Assembly (NCBI GenBank): GCA_021787395.1
Contig: JAJYLZ010000009.1
Span: forward strand, 2,639-66,638
Reading direction: 5' to 3'
Source: Chloroflexota bacterium
GTDB taxonomy: Bacteria; Chloroflexota; Limnocylindria; Limnocylindrales; CSP1-4
DNA length: 64,000 bases
Part shown: one piece after another, positions 60,853-64,000 of the stretch
Position numbering within the stretch: position 1 is the first letter of the stretch
Layout: each line of letters opens with the position of its first letter
Position numbers and translations under genes: made by a program
Notes under the pieces: model-generated
What the model saw: only the letters and a program-made list of their open reading frames with translations
The model's database searches: none
What the model was told of the DNA's origin: nothing

Positions 60853-61122
60853 TCAGGCGGCCCTAGCCGAGCGGTCGACGACGAAGTTCCAGGCGGCGGC
60901 CGCGGCCGCGGCCGCGGCGAGGCCGTACAGGGCCATCTCGACGAGGCCCAGCACGAAGCTGACCGGATCGAGCCAGGTGAAGCCCGGGAAGAGCGTCGGG
61001 AAGGACCGCCACATGCCGAACACGTCGGGCCAGATGGCCCCGGCCGCGAGGCAGACGAGGTAGGCGACCTCGCCGACGGCGACGAGTGCCGCCGCGAGTG
61101 GCGCGAACGGCAGGCGGTTCAT
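60853..61122 (-). CDS. DUF5676-like membrane protein
   Basis: YLVC...LFPGFTWL...GLVE...YG; RBS GGAGG. Confidence 0.8.
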   Translation of the reverse strand: MNRLPFAPLAAALVAVGEVAYLVCLAAGAIWPDVFGMWRSFPTLFPGFTWLDPVSFVLGLVEMALYGLAAAAAAAAAWNFVVDRSARAA

Positions 61123-61383
61123 GTGTGCTGCCTCCTGCGGTGCTGTCGTTGATGACGACCGGACAGCCGCCCGGGGTCATCCACGGTTGAGAGCGTCGCT
61201 CGTTCGAGTTAGCCGGCGGTGAACCCGCGCTGAGGTCCTGCTGAGAACGGGGGAGCCATGGCCGTGCGCAACCCCGGCCTCTCAGGCGTAGCTCACCTGT
61301 CCCTCAGGCCACGGACCGATGCTGCACGCGTGAAGGGCCGATACGTGCGCCTGGGCTCCACGTTGGGCGTCGCTCAGCACGCC

Positions 61384-62820
61384 ATGACCCCAAGTGCCGC
61401 TGCAGAGTGGGAGCCGACGGCTCGCCCGGCGCGGCCGCCTCGGCGCATGAGCTGGCTGCCGTCCGGCCTGGCCGCCCTCGTGGCGGCCATCTGGGGACTC
61501 TGCTATGTGCTCATCCAGGCGTCCCTGCCCAGCGTGACGCCCCTCCTCCTCGCAGGGCTGCGGGCCCTGATCGGCGGGGCGGTCCTGGGCGTGTGGATCG
61601 CGCTGACCCGGTGGAGTGCGCGGCGCGGTCGGCCGAGCGCACGACATGCCGACCGGTTTGGCCGGCCGTGCGGCGTGCCCCCGCTGCGGACCGTCGCGAC
61701 GCTGGCGGCGACGAACGTGGCGCTGGCGTTCGAGGCCATGTACCTCGCCGCCGGGCAGTCAGTGGCGGCTGTCGCGTCAACCCTGTCCGGCAGCCAGCCA
61801 GTCCTCCTCTCGGCCGCAGGCTGGGCCCTGTTCGGCGAGCGGGCGCCGGCCCGAACTCTCATCGGGTTGTGCGTTGCCATGGCCGGCCTGGTGCTGGTGG
61901 CGTCGACGGCTTCAGGCTCGACTAGCATCGATGGCGTCGCCCTGTCGCTCCTGGCAGCTGCAGCGCCGGCCGCGGGCACGGTGGTCATGCGTCGGCTGGG
62001 CTCGACCATCGACGTGCCGGCGACGGCGAGCGCCCAGCTCCTGCTTGGCGGGCTGATGCTCGTCTCGGCGAGCGCGAGGCTGGAGCCGTGGGGCAACGTG
62101 TCCTGGCCGCCGGCAACCATCGCCTCGCTGCTCGTCCTGGGCGTCCTCGGCACGGGCCTCGCCTACGCGGTCTGGTTCTGGCTGCTGGGCCGCGCCTCGC
62201 TCACGGCGCTGGGGACGTCGCTTTTCCTGGTCCCGGTGGTCGGCGTCGTCTCTGGGATCCTCGCCGGCAATCGGCTCGAGCCTGCCGAGCTCGCCGGGGC
62301 CGCAGCGCTCCTCGGAGGCGTCGCGCTCGTGTCACTTCGCGAGCCGCGGGGCTCTCACTTGTCAACGACGTCTTCGCTCAGCACACCTAGGGGGCGCGCT
62401 CGACGGCCCCCGCCGACCCCGGCTGATCGTGCTCAGGCGACGACGTCGTCCCGCGGACGGGTCGCGAGGCCGCCGCGGGTCCGGCGGCGGGTCCGCAAGG
62501 GCGGCGAACCCGGAGGACGTGACCGGGGCGGAGTGCCGAGGGCGGGTGGGCATCACACGCCGCCGCGTGTGATGCCGCCACTGCAGCGGAAGCGTGCGGG
62601 CGCTCGGGCGATGAGCCTCCGCGCCCGCGGGCTCGGGATCAGTGGTGGCCGTGGCCTTCGTGGCCGCCGTGCTCTGTGCCCGGGTGGCCGTAACGATGGG
62701 GGTCGCCGACGAAGGCCTGGTGGCAGCCCTTGCTGCAGAAGTGGAGGGTTCGCCCCTCGTGGACCTCGGTTGCGGCCGCATCCTCGATGCGGATGTCCAT
62801 GCCGCAGACCGGGTCCTTGA
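61384..62820 (+). CDS. EamA/DMT transporter (homology ends ~62345; the ORF tail is probably read-through)
   Basis: IWG, LRA, QP, GE, TGLAY..WF.LL; ~10 TM. Confidence 0.8.
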   Translation: MTPSAAAEWEPTARPARPPRRMSWLPSGLAALVAAIWGLCYVLIQASLPSVTPLLLAGLRALIGGAVLGVWIALTRWSARRGRPSARHADRFGRPCGVPPLRTVATLAATNVALAFEAMYLAAGQSVAAVASTLSGSQPVLLSAAGWALFGERAPARTLIGLCVAMAGLVLVASTASGSTSIDGVALSLLAAAAPAAGTVVMRRLGSTIDVPATASAQLLLGGLMLVSASARLEPWGNVSWPPATIASLLVLGVLGTGLAYAVWFWLLGRASLTALGTSLFLVPVVGVVSGILAGNRLEPAELAGAAALLGGVALVSLREPRGSHLSTTSSLSTPRGRARRPPPTPADRAQATTSSRGRVARPPRVRRRVRKGGEPGGRDRGGVPRAGGHHTPPRVMPPLQRKRAGARAMSLRARGLGISGGRGLRGRRALCPGGRNDGGRRRRPGGSPCCRSGGFAPRGPRLRPHPRCGCPCRRPGP

Positions 62821-62833
62821 CGGTGTCAGCCAT
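62639..62833 (-). CDS. YHS-domain protein with His-rich tail
   Basis: KDPVCGM...FCSKGC...HGGHEGHGHH; RBS AAGGAGG. Confidence 0.88.
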   Translation of the reverse strand: MADTVKDPVCGMDIRIEDAAATEVHEGRTLHFCSKGCHQAFVGDPHRYGHPGTEHGGHEGHGHH

Positions 62834-62948
62834 GGCAGGTGTGCCTCCTTATCTTGGGGGTGGTTCTTGGCCCGATGCGGCGGCCGTCGGCCGGCGTTTC
62901 GAGACTCTCTTGTAGGGCGGCCCGGGGTGGGCGCGGCCCCGAGCGCGC

Positions 62949-64000
62949 TCACGCCGCGCCATAGCGGCGGATCCCCTCGAGCTTGGTGCGCTTCAGGAGC
63001 AGGGCGTTGACGGCCACCAGGAGCGAGCTGCCGGCCATGCTGATGGCGGCAATCTCCGGGCTCAGGAGCAGCCCGATCGAGGGGTAGAGGAGGCCCATCG
63101 CGATCGGGAAGGCGACGGTGTTGTAGCCGACCGCCCAGAACAGGTTCTGGCGCATCTTCCGGACCGTCGCGCGCGACAGCGCGATCGCGCCCAGGACGTC
63201 GAGCGGGTCGCTCTTCATCAGCACGACGTCGGCCGTCTCGACCGCCACGTCGGCGCCCGCGCCGATCGCGATCCCGACGTCGGCCTGGGCGAGCGCCGGC
63301 GCGTCGTTGATCCCGTCACCGACCATGGCCGCGAGCTTGCCGGCCGCCTGGAGCTCCCTGACCTTGTCGGCCTTCTGGCCGGGCAGGACCTCGGCAAACA
63401 CCGTGTCGAGGCCGAGCTCGGTGGCGATCCGTTCGGCCGTCGCGCGGTTGTCGCCCGTCAGCATGGCGACCTCGATGCCGAGGTTGTGCAGCCGGCCGAT
63501 CGCCTCTTTCGCGCCCGGGCGCACCGCATCCGCGATCGCGATCAGGCCAGCCGCCTCGTCGTCGATGGCGACCCGCACGACCGTCCGCCCGGACCCCTCG
63601 AGGTCGGCGGCTCGTGATGCCAGGGCGTCGAACGGCATCTCCCGATCGCGCATCAGCTTGGCGTTGCCGACGAGGACGGCCCGGCCGTCGACGCGGGCCT
63701 CGAGGCCGTGGCCCGGGATCGCCCGGAAGTCGGCGGCATCGGTCAGCGCCAGGCCGCGCTCCCGGGCGGCGTCGACGACCGCCGCGCCGAGCGGGTGCTC
63801 GCTCGAGGCCTCGGCCGAGGCCGCGAGGCGGAGGAGCTCGTCCTCGCCGACCGGGTTCGCGCTCGCGACGAGATCGACGACGCGCGGCTGGCCGACGGTG
63901 AGGGTGCCGGTCTTGTCGAAGATCACCGCGCCGACCTTCGAGGCCTGCTCGAGCGCGGTCGCGTTCTTGAACAGGATGCCGTTGAGGGCTCCCAGGCCGG
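62949..64000 (-). CDS. Heavy-metal (Cu) P1B ATPase, 3' part (truncated by window end)
   Basis: DKTGT, SEHP, GDGINDAP, YN, MAGSS. Confidence 0.92.
   Translation of the reverse strand, partial: GLGALNGILFKNATALEQASKVGAVIFDKTGTLTVGQPRVVDLVASANPVGEDELLRLAASAEASSEHPLGAAVVDAARERGLALTDAADFRAIPGHGLEARVDGRAVLVGNAKLMRDREMPFDALASRAADLEGSGRTVVRVAIDDEAAGLIAIADAVRPGAKEAIGRLHNLGIEVAMLTGDNRATAERIATELGLDTVFAEVLPGQKADKVRELQAAGKLAAMVGDGINDAPALAQADVGIAIGAGADVAVETADVVLMKSDPLDVLGAIALSRATVRKMRQNLFWAVGYNTVAFPIAMGLLYPSIGLLLSPEIAAISMAGSSLLVAVNALLLKRTKLEGIRRYGAA

Noticed and set aside
62345-62820. Long C-terminal extension of EamA as a fused domain
   Set aside because: Low-complexity Arg/Gly read-through overlapping an opposite-strand YHS gene; probably a lost stop
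2-64000. Numerous long Arg/Pro/Ala-rich overlapping ORFs (e.g. 79-1611, 7623-9878, 20632-22743)
   Set aside because: Shadow ORFs expected in very high-GC DNA; no motifs; they overlap well-supported genes
1-64000. Integrase, transposase, tRNA or att sites delimiting the island
   Set aside because: None recognisable; the boundaries probably lie outside the window

Overview
Very high-GC bacterial window; gene style suggests Chloroflexota (Limnocylindria-like) or Actinomycetota, which is inference only. Almost all of it is a mosaic copper/heavy-metal and sulfur homeostasis island. Transport: three P1B-type ATPases (CopA intact, CopB-type disrupted, one cut by the window end), two CDF-type transporters, NiCoT, MMPL and EamA. 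Metal-binding and redox proteins: at least 5 cupredoxins (one rusticyanin-like), 7-8 stand-alone YHS/TRASH proteins, two SHOCT proteins, two cupredoxin+CcdA-like modules, two Lgt-like proteins, an orphan NuoB and a Rieske-less cytochrome b operon. Sulfur genes: SQR-like, DsrE, ArsR-rhodanese, cysteine desulfurase, CBS and cystathionine gamma-lyase/synthase. Regulators: ArsR x2, MerR, CsoR-like, BlaI+M56, Fur, TetR, ECF sigma/anti-sigma and three OmpR-family systems. Most notable observations: (1) a 26-aa, 10-Cys metallothionein-like peptide with its own RBS behind a MerR gene that has a 19-bp-spacer, CueR-box promoter; (2) two classes of 11-bp-period operator arrays in front of about 17 genes; (3) a four-site BlaI-box regulon linking NuoB and an Lgt-like protein; (4) an ECF sigma with a Met-rich anti-sigma and two paralogous secreted targets sharing a 34-bp promoter; (5) cupredoxins with a CxxCCG motif. 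Several single-base frameshifts, some in G/C runs, may be sequencing errors. No rRNA, tRNA, CRISPR, transposase or integrase was recognised.
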